In this document: positions 53,580 to 64,000 of the stretch, one piece after another
Position numbering within the stretch: the first letter of the stretch is position 1
How the letters are laid out: each line of letters starts with the position of its first letter
Origin: an uncultured Ruficoccus sp.
GTDB taxonomy: Bacteria > Verrucomicrobiota > Verrucomicrobiia > Opitutales > Cerasicoccaceae
Assembly (NCBI GenBank): GCA_965140785.1
Contig: OZ223496.1
Span: 128,001 to 192,000, forward strand
Reading direction: 5' to 3'
Length of the DNA: 64,000 nt
Notes under the pieces: generated by a model
Told to the model about the DNA's origin: nothing
The model's database searches: none
The model's input: the letters and a program-made list of their open reading frames with translations, nothing else
Translations under genes and position numbers: made by a program

Positions 53580-54338
53580 TTAAGAGTGATGCCCAGGCGG
53601 CGCAGGAGCCTCTCCGGCTCCGGCATCCCCCCGCAGGGGTGCGAAAAAAGATTCCAGGTCGCCCTCGCCACTGCCCCAGAGAAAGGGTGCGACTTGCTCC
53701 GGCCTCGGGGCGGGCTCCTTGCCGGCGTCGTCGGGCATGGGGATGGGCGCACCCGGGACGCTCAGCAGTGGAAAGAGTCCCGTCCATGGTGTGAAGGGCT
53801 GGTCAATGTCGCGGGTCGGCGGCAGGTCCTGATTGAACTTGGCCGAGGCGTCGCGCAGGTTGACCTCGGCCACGGCGGTGGCGGCGAGCTCCTGCTCCGT
53901 GACTGGACGCAGGCTCTCCCAGCGCCCCGGAAAGACGCGGTCGGAGATGGCCTTGAGCGCGGTCAGGTGCTCCTCGTCTTCCAGCACGCGGCCCTCGCCA
54001 AAGCAGATGGCGCAGGCATAGGTCATATTGTGCGCGAAGGCCGAGCGGGCCAACACGAAGCCGTGCAACAGCGTAAAAGCACAACAGACCGTCTGTCCCG
54101 AGGACAGGACCTTCATCAGGCGACTGGCGCGCGAACCGTGAAAAAACAGCTTCTCGCCCTCGCGGGCGTGCAGTGAGGGAATCAGGCGCGGCTCGCCGTC
54201 CTCGACGAAGGAGATGTGGCAGTACGGCGCGCGGTCGATGATACGGTGAATGACGGCCCGGTCATGGCTGCCGTGCGAAGGATCACGGTGCAGCTTCGTG
54301 CGGCCGGATTTGCTGGGGGCGGGTTGGTCGGAACTCAT
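53580..54338 (-). CDS. Pyridoxamine 5'-phosphate oxidase-like flavin-binding protein
   Basis: R..D...I..I.D, HGSRASR, VLARSAF.H...Y, PGRW..LRP..QEL.AT. Confidence 0.88.
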   Translation of the reverse strand: MSSDQPAPSKSGRTKLHRDPSHGSHDRAVIHRIIDRAPYCHISFVEDGEPRLIPSLHAREGEKLFFHGSRASRLMKVLSSGQTVCCAFTLLHGFVLARSAFAHNMTYACAICFGEGRVLEDEEHLTALKAISDRVFPGRWESLRPVTEQELAATAVAEVNLRDASAKFNQDLPPTRDIDQPFTPWTGLFPLLSVPGAPIPMPDDAGKEPAPRPEQVAPFLWGSGEGDLESFFAPLRGDAGAGEAPAPPGHHS

Positions 54339-54462
54339 GATACTGGCCTCCTCTGCTAGCAGAAAAGCTGCCATGCGCACGCGGGTAGCACAGGTATTAG
54401 CCGCCTTCTCCTGGTTGAACTCATTCCGTTGTCGGGGAGGATCATCGTAATCTTAAAATAAG

Positions 54463-56697
54463 CTACTTCTGAACCAGCAGGTAGTAGGTGCCGTCCTCGG
54501 CCTCGATGCCGTGGGTGTCGTGCTCGAAGCCCGGCAGGGCGCGGTCCCACTCCTGCAAGGCCAGCAGGTAGCGCATGAACGGCTCGTCCGCGGTGCCCAT
54601 TTCCTCGCCCGGCATGACCAGCGGGATACCCGGAGGGTACGGCACCAGGCCGGTCGCCGCCACACGCCCGGCGGCCTGGGCCAACGGGATGCGCTCGACC
54701 TCGCCCGCCACCAACCGTTGATAGGCTTCGGCAGGGATCATCTTCATTGCCGGTAGCCGGGAGAAAGCGTCGTCCTGCGCATCGAGTTGGCCAGTGGACG
54801 CCAGGGTCTGCATCATGAGCGCGGCCAGGTCGCGCAGCCCCAGGCGCGGGTAGAGCCCGGCAACATGGGGAATGCAGCGCGCCAGCGGCGTGTTCGCGTC
54901 GAAGTCGTCCTTGAAGGCGAGCATGGCGTGCACGAGCGTGCTCCACTTGGCATTGGTGATGCCGAGCGAGAACAGGAACAGCACGGTAAAGTCGGTCGTC
55001 TTCTCCACCACAATGCCGCGCCCGTCGAGATAGGCGGTCAGCAGCGAGGCCGGAAAACCGGAAAGGTCGAGGCTCCCGTCCTGGTTCAGACCGGGGGTGA
55101 GGACGGAGACCTTGATCGGGTCGAGCATGCAGTAGTCGTCCTCCAGCTTGAAGCCGTGCCAGGTGTCCCGCGGGTGCAGCACCCAGCAAGAGGGATCGGT
55201 GGCCAGCCGGTCGGGCGAGACCTCCTCGAAGGGCACGGGCCCGTCCTCGCCGGAGACTTTCTCGGGATTCCAGGTGCGGAAGAACCAGTCGTCGCGGTCA
55301 CGGTGAGAACGCCACAGGGTCATCACGCTCTGGCGGAAGGCGATGGCTTCCCGGATGGACTGCTCGACCAGCAGCGTGCCGCCCTGCCCCTCCATCATGG
55401 CCGCGCTCACATCGTTGGAGGCGATGAGCGGGTAAAAGGGCGAGGTCGAGGCGTGCATCATGAACGACTCGTTGAAGCGCGCGTGCTCGATGTTGCTGCG
55501 GCCCTCGCGCATGTGGATGAACGAGGCCTGCGAAAAAGCGGCCAGGAGCTTGTGCGTCGAGTGGGTGGCGAAAAGCGTCGGCGCGTCGGCGGGCTGTTCG
55601 CCCGGCTCCCCGCGCATGGCGTAGCGCCCCTCGTAGAGGGGGTGGAAACGCGCGTAGCCGTACCAGGCTTCGTCGAAGTGGATGCGATCGATCTTGTCGC
55701 CAATGACCTCCAACACGCGGTCCACATTATACGTCAACCCGTCGTAGGTGGAGTTGGTGATAACGGCGTGAACCGGCGGCTCACCCTCGACCGGGTACAG
55801 GCCCGAGGTCGGAATCGGCCCGATAATGCCGTAGCGGTTACGCGTGGGCATGAGGTAGGTCGGCACCGCACCGGTCAGGGTCAGTCCCTGCTCGTTGGAC
55901 TTGTGGCAGTTGCGGTCCACCAGCACACGCTGGCCACGCACGACGCTGGCCATCCAGATGACGCGGTTGGAGGTGGAGGTGCCATTGGTCACGCTGTAGC
56001 TGCGGTGTGCCCCGAAGACACGGGCGGCGAATTTCTCGCCCTCGCCAATGGGGCCGCTGTGGTCGAGCAGCGAGCCCAGCTCGCCCACGCTGATCGAGAG
56101 GTCGGAGCGGAAAATTGCCTCGCCAAAGTAATCGTAGAACTTGCGCCCGGCGGGGGATTTCTGAAAAGCCACCCCGCCGGTGTGGCCGGGCGTGTGCCAG
56201 GAGTACTCGTGCACCAGGTCGAAGTCGATCAGCGCCTGCGCCATCGGCCCGAGCATGTGACGGCTGTAGTCGCGGATGGCGGCGTAGATGCGTCCGCCAA
56301 TAAAGGGTGCGCTGTCCTCCATCAGCCAGATTAACTCGGAGACCATACGCAACAGGCGCTCGGGCAGGACGGTGGTCTTTTCACGCGTGGTCAGCAAAAA
56401 GACCGGGATGTGCTCGTTGCACTGGCGCACGTAAGAGATAAAGGCCTCGGCCTCGCCGTGCGGATCGTCCGGACGGGCATCGAGCTGCCAGTCCACCAGC
56501 ACCCCGTGCAGGCCCGCGTCCGAGCCGAAGATACTGTAACCATCCTCCGAGCCGGGGGCGCGGGAAACCTCGACCCCGTTGGCCTCCAGTTCGTCCACCA
56601 GGGTGCGGGCGGCACGGCCCGCCGCAGTGGTCTTTTCGATGTGATGGCTCACGAGCAAAATCCGCAAGCGTGCGATATTGGAACGGCGTTCTAGCAT
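54463..56697 (-). CDS. PLP-dependent Orn/Lys/Arg decarboxylase with N-terminal wing domain (AdiA-like by context)
   Basis: YSWHTPGH.GG, LGSLLDH, NGTSTSN, DRNCHKS, HFDEAW, STHK (PLP lysine), TSPFY, PYPPGIP. Confidence 0.95.
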   Translation of the reverse strand: MLERRSNIARLRILLVSHHIEKTTAAGRAARTLVDELEANGVEVSRAPGSEDGYSIFGSDAGLHGVLVDWQLDARPDDPHGEAEAFISYVRQCNEHIPVFLLTTREKTTVLPERLLRMVSELIWLMEDSAPFIGGRIYAAIRDYSRHMLGPMAQALIDFDLVHEYSWHTPGHTGGVAFQKSPAGRKFYDYFGEAIFRSDLSISVGELGSLLDHSGPIGEGEKFAARVFGAHRSYSVTNGTSTSNRVIWMASVVRGQRVLVDRNCHKSNEQGLTLTGAVPTYLMPTRNRYGIIGPIPTSGLYPVEGEPPVHAVITNSTYDGLTYNVDRVLEVIGDKIDRIHFDEAWYGYARFHPLYEGRYAMRGEPGEQPADAPTLFATHSTHKLLAAFSQASFIHMREGRSNIEHARFNESFMMHASTSPFYPLIASNDVSAAMMEGQGGTLLVEQSIREAIAFRQSVMTLWRSHRDRDDWFFRTWNPEKVSGEDGPVPFEEVSPDRLATDPSCWVLHPRDTWHGFKLEDDYCMLDPIKVSVLTPGLNQDGSLDLSGFPASLLTAYLDGRGIVVEKTTDFTVLFLFSLGITNAKWSTLVHAMLAFKDDFDANTPLARCIPHVAGLYPRLGLRDLAALMMQTLASTGQLDAQDDAFSRLPAMKMIPAEAYQRLVAGEVERIPLAQAAGRVAATGLVPYPPGIPLVMPGEEMGTADEPFMRYLLALQEWDRALPGFEHDTHGIEAEDGTYYLLVQK

Positions 56698-56711
56698 AAT
56701 GAAGCGTAAGG

Positions 56712-56954
56712 TTAGCGGGATTGTGCAGAGGAGGACGGGAAATCGGAGGGAGGGGTGGGGGCGCCGGGGTGCACGCGCCCGTGCGCCAACAGCTCCGTCT
56801 GGCGCACGTCGATACCGCTCTCTTCGGGCGAGGCGGGCATCTTGCCGCGAGCGGTTATCGAGGGAGCGGCATCCGATTTGGCGGGGGGCCAGAGGTTGTG
56901 GCCGATGAAGATGCCGGCCACGAGAACGAGAAGAATGATCAGGATTTCGTGCAT
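56712..56954 (-). CDS. Small single-TM hypothetical protein
   Basis: [22 protein letters not shown]; start overlaps the adiC end and it fills the operon gap. Confidence 0.55.
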   Translation of the reverse strand: MHEILIILLVLVAGIFIGHNLWPPAKSDAAPSITARGKMPASPEESGIDVRQTELLAHGRVHPGAPTPPSDFPSSSAQSR

Positions 56955-58306
56955 GGCTCTGACAAGGGAGTTTGCGCGTGATCGGGCTTGCCCTCGTGTT
57001 CGTGCGGCGGCTCATCGCCCTGTCGCAGGCGGTTAAGGCTGTAGCAGGCCGCACTGATCAGCACGATCACAGCCAGCCAGCCCACCTGTTTGGCATTGGA
57101 GCCGAGGATGGCCCACGAGCAGTAGGCCAGCGCGATAACGATGATGCCGCCCGTGACCCACTTGTTGCCGCCGCTCTTGACAAAGCGGATCAAGGCCGCG
57201 GCCACGTAGAGGTAGGCCACCACGGTCATCAGCACCGCGATGGACGAGATGACCCCGAACTCCTTGCTCGCGGAGGGCGAGACCGTCAGCAGTTGCGTCC
57301 CGGTCATGAGAAAGCCGACGATGATCAGGCCCTTGACCGGCACGCCGTGCTTGTTGGCGTGGCTGAAGACTTTGGGGAACAGCCCGTCGTCAGCGGCGGC
57401 CTTGGCCGTCTGCGCGGTGGCGAGAATCCACCCCCCGAGCGAGCCCAGACAACCGGCAGCGGCGCAGATGCTCACAGCGGCCCCGCCGATCTCACCGAAA
57501 ACCAGCTTGGCACAGTCGGCGAAGGGGGCCGCCGACTTGACCAACTGCTCGTTGGGGATCGCACCCATGATAGCCGTGCACGAGAGCACATAGGTGACCG
57601 CAGCCAGCACGACACCGCCGATGGTCGCGATGGGCACGTTCTTTTTCGGGTTCTCCACCACCCCGGCAGCAACCGCAGCGGTCTCGACCCCGATGAAGGA
57701 CCACAGGGTGACGTTGAGCACGCCCTGAATGGCCCCGAAGTCGCCTTTACCGGAGACGTTCCAGGCCTCCATGTAGGTCTTGCCGCTGAACTTGAGCCAG
57801 CCGAGAATGGCCACGCCCACGATGGCGATCAGCGCCAGCACCGTCGTGTATGACTGCACGTGGGTGGTCAGCCGTGGGCCGAGGATATTGAGAAAAGTGA
57901 AGAGCCAGATCATGGCCAGGCACGCGATGGCCAGCACCCAGGGGGAGTTGAGCGCCGGGACGAAATAACTCAGGTAGCCCACCCCGACCACGGCCAGGGC
58001 GACGTTGCCGATCCAACTCGCCAGCCAGTAGAGCAGATTCGTCTGGTAGCCGACGAAGGAGCCGAAGTTGCGCCGCGCGTAGGCGTAGGAGCCGCCGGGG
58101 CTGTCGTCGATCGCGGACATCTTCGCGTAAACCATGGCCAGGCAAACCGCCCCGGTGATGGTCACGGCCCAGCCAAAGATGGCAATGCCGCCGGTGGCAG
58201 CGAGGTTGGCCGGGAGCATGAATACGCCCGAGCCCATGATATTACCGGCCACCATCAGCGTCGCGGGCACGACGCCGACCTTGCCAGCGTGTTTGGCTAA
58301 TCCCAT
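56939..58306 (-). CDS. adiC: Arginine/agmatine antiporter
   Basis: [69 protein letters not shown]; closely matches AdiC. Confidence 0.88.
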   Translation of the reverse strand: MGLAKHAGKVGVVPATLMVAGNIMGSGVFMLPANLAATGGIAIFGWAVTITGAVCLAMVYAKMSAIDDSPGGSYAYARRNFGSFVGYQTNLLYWLASWIGNVALAVVGVGYLSYFVPALNSPWVLAIACLAMIWLFTFLNILGPRLTTHVQSYTTVLALIAIVGVAILGWLKFSGKTYMEAWNVSGKGDFGAIQGVLNVTLWSFIGVETAAVAAGVVENPKKNVPIATIGGVVLAAVTYVLSCTAIMGAIPNEQLVKSAAPFADCAKLVFGEIGGAAVSICAAAGCLGSLGGWILATAQTAKAAADDGLFPKVFSHANKHGVPVKGLIIVGFLMTGTQLLTVSPSASKEFGVISSIAVLMTVVAYLYVAAALIRFVKSGGNKWVTGGIIVIALAYCSWAILGSNAKQVGWLAVIVLISAACYSLNRLRQGDEPPHEHEGKPDHAQTPLSEPCTKS

Positions 58307-58320
58307 GGGGACTCTTTCGT

Positions 58321-59844
58321 TTAGGGGTTGAAGCTGTAACGAGAAGTAAACTGGAAGCGGACGGCGTCGCCGTCGGCACCGTTGACGGCGTTTTTGCGGC
58401 CGTAGAGCAGCTCGGCTCCGATGGTGAGGTGCGGCAGGATCTGCCAGACCAGGTTCCCCGAGGCGTAGTAGGTCTGGCGCATGACGGTGGACATGGGCGG
58501 GGTCAGACCGAGCAGGGCGCTGTCGTCGATATCGACATAGCCGACGGTGAAGGTGGAGCTGAGCGCGTCGCTCCAGTTGTGCGTGTAGCCCGCGCCGAAG
58601 CCCCAGGCCTCGAAGGTCTGGAGGTTGCCCGCGCTATCGACGTAGCCGTCGAGCCCGAGCCCGTAGGCATCCTGAATATAGTTGGCGTAGCCACTGCCGA
58701 AGTTCGCCCAGCCCATGATCAGGTCGTCAGGGGTGAAGCTCCAACTGCCCGTCAACGACAGGCCCCAGCCCAACGCGTCGGAGGTGCCGGTGCTGGTCTG
58801 GGCCGAGAAGCTGCTTAAGAGGCCGGCAGTCTGTACGTGCCAGGTCTCGCCCTTCACACCCAAAGCCATCACGGTATCGGGCAGGCGCTGGTTGGCGGAG
58901 GCGTTGGCCAGGCTCGGGTCGGCCTCTTCGATGGAGATCTTGCCGTAGAGGCTGGCCGCCTCACCCTCCAGCAGGGTACGCGTGTAGCGGATTTGCGCAT
59001 TGTAGTCGATGAGGAGGGAGTTGGGGCCCTCGTAGTCGAGGGTGGCCGGGATGACGTCGGCGTCGGTGAACGCACTGTAGCCGTAGCCGATGCGCAGGCC
59101 CTGCCACTCGCCGTAAAAGTTAAGCAGGTAATAGCCGTATTGGGAGGTATTGGCATTGGCGAAGAAGTTGTTCGCGTAAACAATGCTGAGCGGCCCCTGC
59201 CCAGTTTCGAGGATGCCGTTAAAGGCCAGAGTGGACTGGCGGAAGCTGACCGTGCTGTTGAGCCCGCCCCCGTAATCGGCCTGCCCGAAGACCGGCAGAG
59301 CCGAGGTGATAAACTCGCCGGGGCTATTGGCATTGGTCGAGTCCACCAACACATCTGCCTGGGCGATGAGGGAAAATTTCACGTAAGCCTGCGTCCCGAA
59401 GACCGGGATGTAGCCCTTGGGTACGTTAGCGGGGATTTTGTCCACCGGCAGGTTCGCAGCGGCCTCGGCCTTGGCCTGCTCGGCGGCCGGGGTTCTCGCC
59501 ACGGCCGGAGCCGCTGCCGAGGGCGTGCTCACCGTGTGCGGTTTTTCCACCTCGGTAGCCGGAGTCTTGGCGGACTGCGCCGTGCTGGCAGTAGCGGCAA
59601 CAGCCGGGCGAGCGGTGGAAGGAGCCGAAGACGGGGTGGAGGAAGCGGCGTCGGAGGTTTGCAGGCGCTGGTTCTCTTCCCGCAGGGCGGTGACTTCGCT
59701 CTCCAGTTGCGAAATACGCTGCTCCATCGCCTCGAGCTTTTTCAAGAGCAAGGCCGCGGTCGCGGGGTCAGTATCTTCAGCCGCCCGTCCTGTCGGACAC
59801 GACAGGCACATCAGCAAGGCAACGAAGAAGGAAACGCGAATCAT
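58321..59844 (-). CDS. DcaP-like outer-membrane porin with N-terminal coiled coil
   Basis: Signal peptide, coiled coil, [30 protein letters not shown], terminal YSF. Confidence 0.85.
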   Translation of the reverse strand: MIRVSFFVALLMCLSCPTGRAAEDTDPATAALLLKKLEAMEQRISQLESEVTALREENQRLQTSDAASSTPSSAPSTARPAVAATASTAQSAKTPATEVEKPHTVSTPSAAAPAVARTPAAEQAKAEAAANLPVDKIPANVPKGYIPVFGTQAYVKFSLIAQADVLVDSTNANSPGEFITSALPVFGQADYGGGLNSTVSFRQSTLAFNGILETGQGPLSIVYANNFFANANTSQYGYYLLNFYGEWQGLRIGYGYSAFTDADVIPATLDYEGPNSLLIDYNAQIRYTRTLLEGEAASLYGKISIEEADPSLANASANQRLPDTVMALGVKGETWHVQTAGLLSSFSAQTSTGTSDALGWGLSLTGSWSFTPDDLIMGWANFGSGYANYIQDAYGLGLDGYVDSAGNLQTFEAWGFGAGYTHNWSDALSSTFTVGYVDIDDSALLGLTPPMSTVMRQTYYASGNLVWQILPHLTIGAELLYGRKNAVNGADGDAVRFQFTSRYSFNP

Positions 59845-60035
59845 AGATTCTAATAATCTATGCCCAAAACATAACTAGCCTTTGCCAGCCATTGGCAACT
59901 GCAAAAGTACACTTTTTGAGGACTCCGATCCGCAACAAATGAGCGACAAGCCCTACCGCGCCGGGGAGGGGGTCGGCTGGATGCCTTGGATCGGCGCTCC
60001 GGTTTCCCGGGGCCGGACAACGGAAGCGAAGCGAC

Positions 60036-62180
60036 CTACTTGCTCAGCAGGAAGGCGAAGCCCCGGAAGGGTTTGCCCGCGGGCAGCGTCAGGCTCTGAG
60101 CCGAGCAGGTGGGCGCATCCGTGGTTTCGTCCCACAGGGAGGCTTCAAGCTTCCATTCGCCGGGCACCGGGATGTCGATGTACAGCGGGCCGCAGGAGAG
60201 TCCTTCGTAGGTGTGAACCACTATCAACGCGCGGTCGCCGTCGGCGTTCTCGCGCCAAATACCGGACCAGCCCTCGGGATGGCCCCAATGGAATGGCGTC
60301 TCGCCGAGGAAGCGCGTGCGGCCCTCGCGAATGAGCGGGGCGGCCTGCTGGTAGAAGCCGATGGCCTCCTTGACCGTTTCCACCTGCGCGTCGCTCAGGT
60401 CGTGAACGGGACCGGACAGGCACATGCGTCCGTACAGTGTAGCGGAAAGTGAATACATCAACCGCTCAGGAGAATCGTCCGGATAGAGTACCGCCCAGAT
60501 CTGCGACTGCCGCGGCGGCAGCAGGTAGTGCAACTGGCGGGCGATGATCGGGATATTCTGCGACTCGTGCGCGTCGGAAAACGAGCTCATCGAGGTCAGC
60601 GCCATCATCGAGGGCTCCAGGCGATGGCCGCCGGAAGAGCAGTTCTCGATCACGAGGTCGCCTACCTTTTCCCGCAGCCGCTGGAAGGTCCGGTAAACAC
60701 CCTCGACATGACGACGCAGGCCTTCGCCGAGCGAGTCGGGATGATCAATACCGACGCCGAGGTGGTCGTTGTAATCGACCTTGAGGTAGCCGAATCCGTT
60801 GTCGGCCAGAAAGTCCATCAGCTTCTCGTCGAGGTAGGCCTCGACCCAGGGGTCGTTCAGGTCCCAGAAGCGGCGGGTGCCCGAGCGCAGGGGGCGTCCG
60901 TCGCGCTGGACGTGGTGGTCGGTTTGCTCAAAAGCCTTCGAGCCGGGGTTACAGACCTCGAACTCGAACCACACCCCGGGCACGAAGCCAAGCTTACGCA
61001 GTTCGTCGCAGGTCGCCTTGATGCCGTGCGGAAACTTTTCCGTGTCCACGATCCAGTCACCGTTGGACTGCATGGTGGCCTCCGGCGGGCGCTTGGCCCA
61101 GCCGTCGTCGATGACGAGATATTTGACACCGGTGCCCTGGAGACGACGGGCGAGCGCGATTGTCTTATCATGGCTGGGCGATCCCCAGTTGGTGCACCAT
61201 TCGTTGAACATGACCGGCAGCTCTTCCTCGGAGGCGGGCAGGTCGTTCAGGCGGCTTTCCTGAAGGGAGACGAGCTTGTGCGTGAGGTCTTCGAGCGTGC
61301 CCTGCACGCAGGCCAGGTGCGCCACGGGGGAGGTGAAGTGCTCGCCCGGCTGCAGGACCTTGCGCCAGTGGCCGAATTCGAAGTCGGCCAGCCCGCCGGA
61401 AATCGAAACCGCGTCGCCCCGGCGCGTGATCTCCATCTGCCAGGAGCCGGCCCAGGCCAGTTGTGCGCCCCAGAGGACGCCGGCCTCGGTGTCTTCCACC
61501 GCGAGGAAGGGGAAAAACTTGCGCACGGGCATGGTACCGACCTGCCCAAAGCGCTCGGAGCAGGTGTTGAAGCCTGACCAACTGCGGATGAGCTGAAAGT
61601 CCTCGATGGGGCGGCACTCGTGGCGGCCTTCATGGCTCCACCAGGTGCGGAAGCGGTGGATCTTCAGGCGGCCCGGCGCATCGTCGGCGGCAAAGGGGGT
61701 GAGCCCGGACAGCACAAAGCTGCTGAGGTTCTCCAGCGTGACCGGCTCGGGACCATCGTTGGTCACCGTGGTCCAGGAACGCAGCGTGCCCTCGACGGCA
61801 GTCGGCTCCAGGTACTGGCGAATTTTCAGGCCATGACGCGGGTTTTCCAATTCGGTCACGAGGGTGCCCGGATCACAGGCCACCGTGCTCTCACCCGCCG
61901 CCTCGACCATCCGCAGTTCCTTCGTGGTCGAGCTGTCCTGCATGGAGGACCCGGAGAGGAAGTTCATCGCTGCCGGGTCTTCGGCCAGCTTGAGCTGCAC
62001 CATACTGTCGGGCGAGAGGATGGTGGGAGACTTTCTTCGACACTCCGGCAGGCCGGTGATTTCCTGGCGGTGCTCAACCACCTGTTCCTTTATTTCCTGC
62101 GGGCACAGCCGCAGCTCGATTCCTCCGTTAGCATCCACCACGCGGTTGACGCACACTCCGTTCAGTTCTTCCGATTTCAA
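60036..62180 (-). CDS. GH36 alpha-galactosidase
   Basis: FNEW, VIDDGW, GDW, KFP.G, PGVWFE.E, YLKVDYN, IENCSSGG.R, SD. Confidence 0.92.
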   Translation of the reverse strand: MKSEELNGVCVNRVVDANGGIELRLCPQEIKEQVVEHRQEITGLPECRRKSPTILSPDSMVQLKLAEDPAAMNFLSGSSMQDSSTTKELRMVEAAGESTVACDPGTLVTELENPRHGLKIRQYLEPTAVEGTLRSWTTVTNDGPEPVTLENLSSFVLSGLTPFAADDAPGRLKIHRFRTWWSHEGRHECRPIEDFQLIRSWSGFNTCSERFGQVGTMPVRKFFPFLAVEDTEAGVLWGAQLAWAGSWQMEITRRGDAVSISGGLADFEFGHWRKVLQPGEHFTSPVAHLACVQGTLEDLTHKLVSLQESRLNDLPASEEELPVMFNEWCTNWGSPSHDKTIALARRLQGTGVKYLVIDDGWAKRPPEATMQSNGDWIVDTEKFPHGIKATCDELRKLGFVPGVWFEFEVCNPGSKAFEQTDHHVQRDGRPLRSGTRRFWDLNDPWVEAYLDEKLMDFLADNGFGYLKVDYNDHLGVGIDHPDSLGEGLRRHVEGVYRTFQRLREKVGDLVIENCSSGGHRLEPSMMALTSMSSFSDAHESQNIPIIARQLHYLLPPRQSQIWAVLYPDDSPERLMYSLSATLYGRMCLSGPVHDLSDAQVETVKEAIGFYQQAAPLIREGRTRFLGETPFHWGHPEGWSGIWRENADGDRALIVVHTYEGLSCGPLYIDIPVPGEWKLEASLWDETTDAPTCSAQSLTLPAGKPFRGFAFLLSK

Positions 62181-62412
62181 TGCAGGTAATGGCTAAAATG
62201 ACGTTTGTGGCGCGCCCCGTCCGCCGGATGTGGCAGGAAGGGCAAGCCAGAAGCCCAGCAGCATGGCCCGCCGTTTCCGACAATCCAAGCCAAATCCTCA
62301 GGCCGTCGCTTCTACGGTTAAAAAAGAGCCTGTTTGTCCTACCCCAGTGCAGCCCACCCTGGCCAAAATAGACTTGCCTCCGTATATATCATATGCAAAA
62401 CATATTCCATAA

Positions 62413-63165
62413 ATGAAATTAAATGACCCATTGGCTCTCTGTCGGGCGGAGACGACGGCCCCGGCCCTGAGCCGCGGGCTGGCCATCATGGCCAGCCTGG
62501 CGGAGGAAGCTCCGCTGTCCCTGGAAAAGCTCTCCAGCCGCCTGAGCCTGCCCAAGGCCTCGGTCTTTCGCCTGCTGGGCACACTCGAAACCGTAGGCAT
62601 GATCCGCAAGACCGCGCAGAAGACCTACGAACCACTCTGGCAGTTCCAGCCCGCCGCCGACCCGCGCGTACTGTTGCGCAACAAGCTCGAAGGGCGGATG
62701 TCCGCCCTGGCCGAAGCCACCGGCTGCACCATTGAGTGGTACGAACCCGCCACCGAGGGCATGCGTCTGGTCCTTCAAAAACATCCCCAGAGCGAGCTGT
62801 GTGTGAAGGTCGGGCCTGGCTTCGTACGCATCTGGGGCGTGGAGCTGGAGGCCGTCACTCTGCTGGGCTACGCCCTTTACCCGCAAGCCCCGGCCCCCGA
62901 ACCGATCGATTTCTACGTATCGAACGGCGTCAAGAAAACCCTTTCTCCCGCCAAAGCCTCCCGTCACATCGCCCAGGCTCGCGAAGAAAAAACCGCCGCT
63001 GATCACGCCTACAACACAAACGGTGTGCGCCGCTTCGCCGTCAGCGTCAGCGACCCCGAGACGGGGGACTTCCTGGGTGTGCTCGCCCTGGCCGAGGCCT
63101 ACCACTTCAACGAACGCCCCGGAGTGGACACCTATTTCGAACAACTCAACAACCTCCTGCAGTAG
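62413..63165 (+). CDS. IclR family transcriptional regulator
   Basis: APALSRGLAI...LSL..L...LSLPKASVFRLL.TL...G HTH. Confidence 0.88.
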   Translation: MKLNDPLALCRAETTAPALSRGLAIMASLAEEAPLSLEKLSSRLSLPKASVFRLLGTLETVGMIRKTAQKTYEPLWQFQPAADPRVLLRNKLEGRMSALAEATGCTIEWYEPATEGMRLVLQKHPQSELCVKVGPGFVRIWGVELEAVTLLGYALYPQAPAPEPIDFYVSNGVKKTLSPAKASRHIAQAREEKTAADHAYNTNGVRRFAVSVSDPETGDFLGVLALAEAYHFNERPGVDTYFEQLNNLLQ

Positions 63166-63172
63166 CAACACC

Positions 63173-64000
<828 letters not shown>

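Noticed and set aside
56698..57054. N-terminal extension of the decarboxylase ORF to 863 aa
   Set aside because: It overlaps adiC and the small TM ORF; homology begins at about MLERRSN (56697).

Overview
High-GC bacterial chromosome segment. Gene content points to Verrucomicrobiota, probably an Opitutia-type lineage (inference from the N-methylation/prepilin-type gene, mcsA-mcsB-clpC, the PTS-EIIA/diadenylate cyclase fusion, the DUF4032-like small protein and the sulfatase/glycosidase loci). Core blocks are dnaB-bamA-skp-lpxD-prs, mcsA-mcsB-clpC, a tolB-like gene divergent from mrp, rpmG, a solo nuoA and metF/metW. These are interleaved with accessory genes: a C-N lyase plus MmgE/PrpD pair, flavodoxin plus a HemS-like gene behind a Fur-like palindrome, an OprB-type porin, a heparinase II/III-like gene, an RND efflux system, a GH2 with AraC, CDF and MATE transporters, a porin-AdiC-decarboxylase operon, GH36, IclR and a sulfatase. 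At least nine genes, including essential bamA, are broken by small indels, often in homopolymers, which looks like long-read consensus error. I found no rRNA, tRNA, CRISPR array, transposase or integrase. The best leads are: an unannotated leader-peptide attenuator in front of the MATE pump; a ~300-bp densely structured element after rpmG; a DnaA-box cluster upstream of dnaB; the lyase/epimerase pair resembling iminodisuccinate or succinyl-adduct breakdown; a PhoD-like protein that lacks its metal ligands; and orphan genes flanked by diverged copies of neighbouring gene 3' ends.
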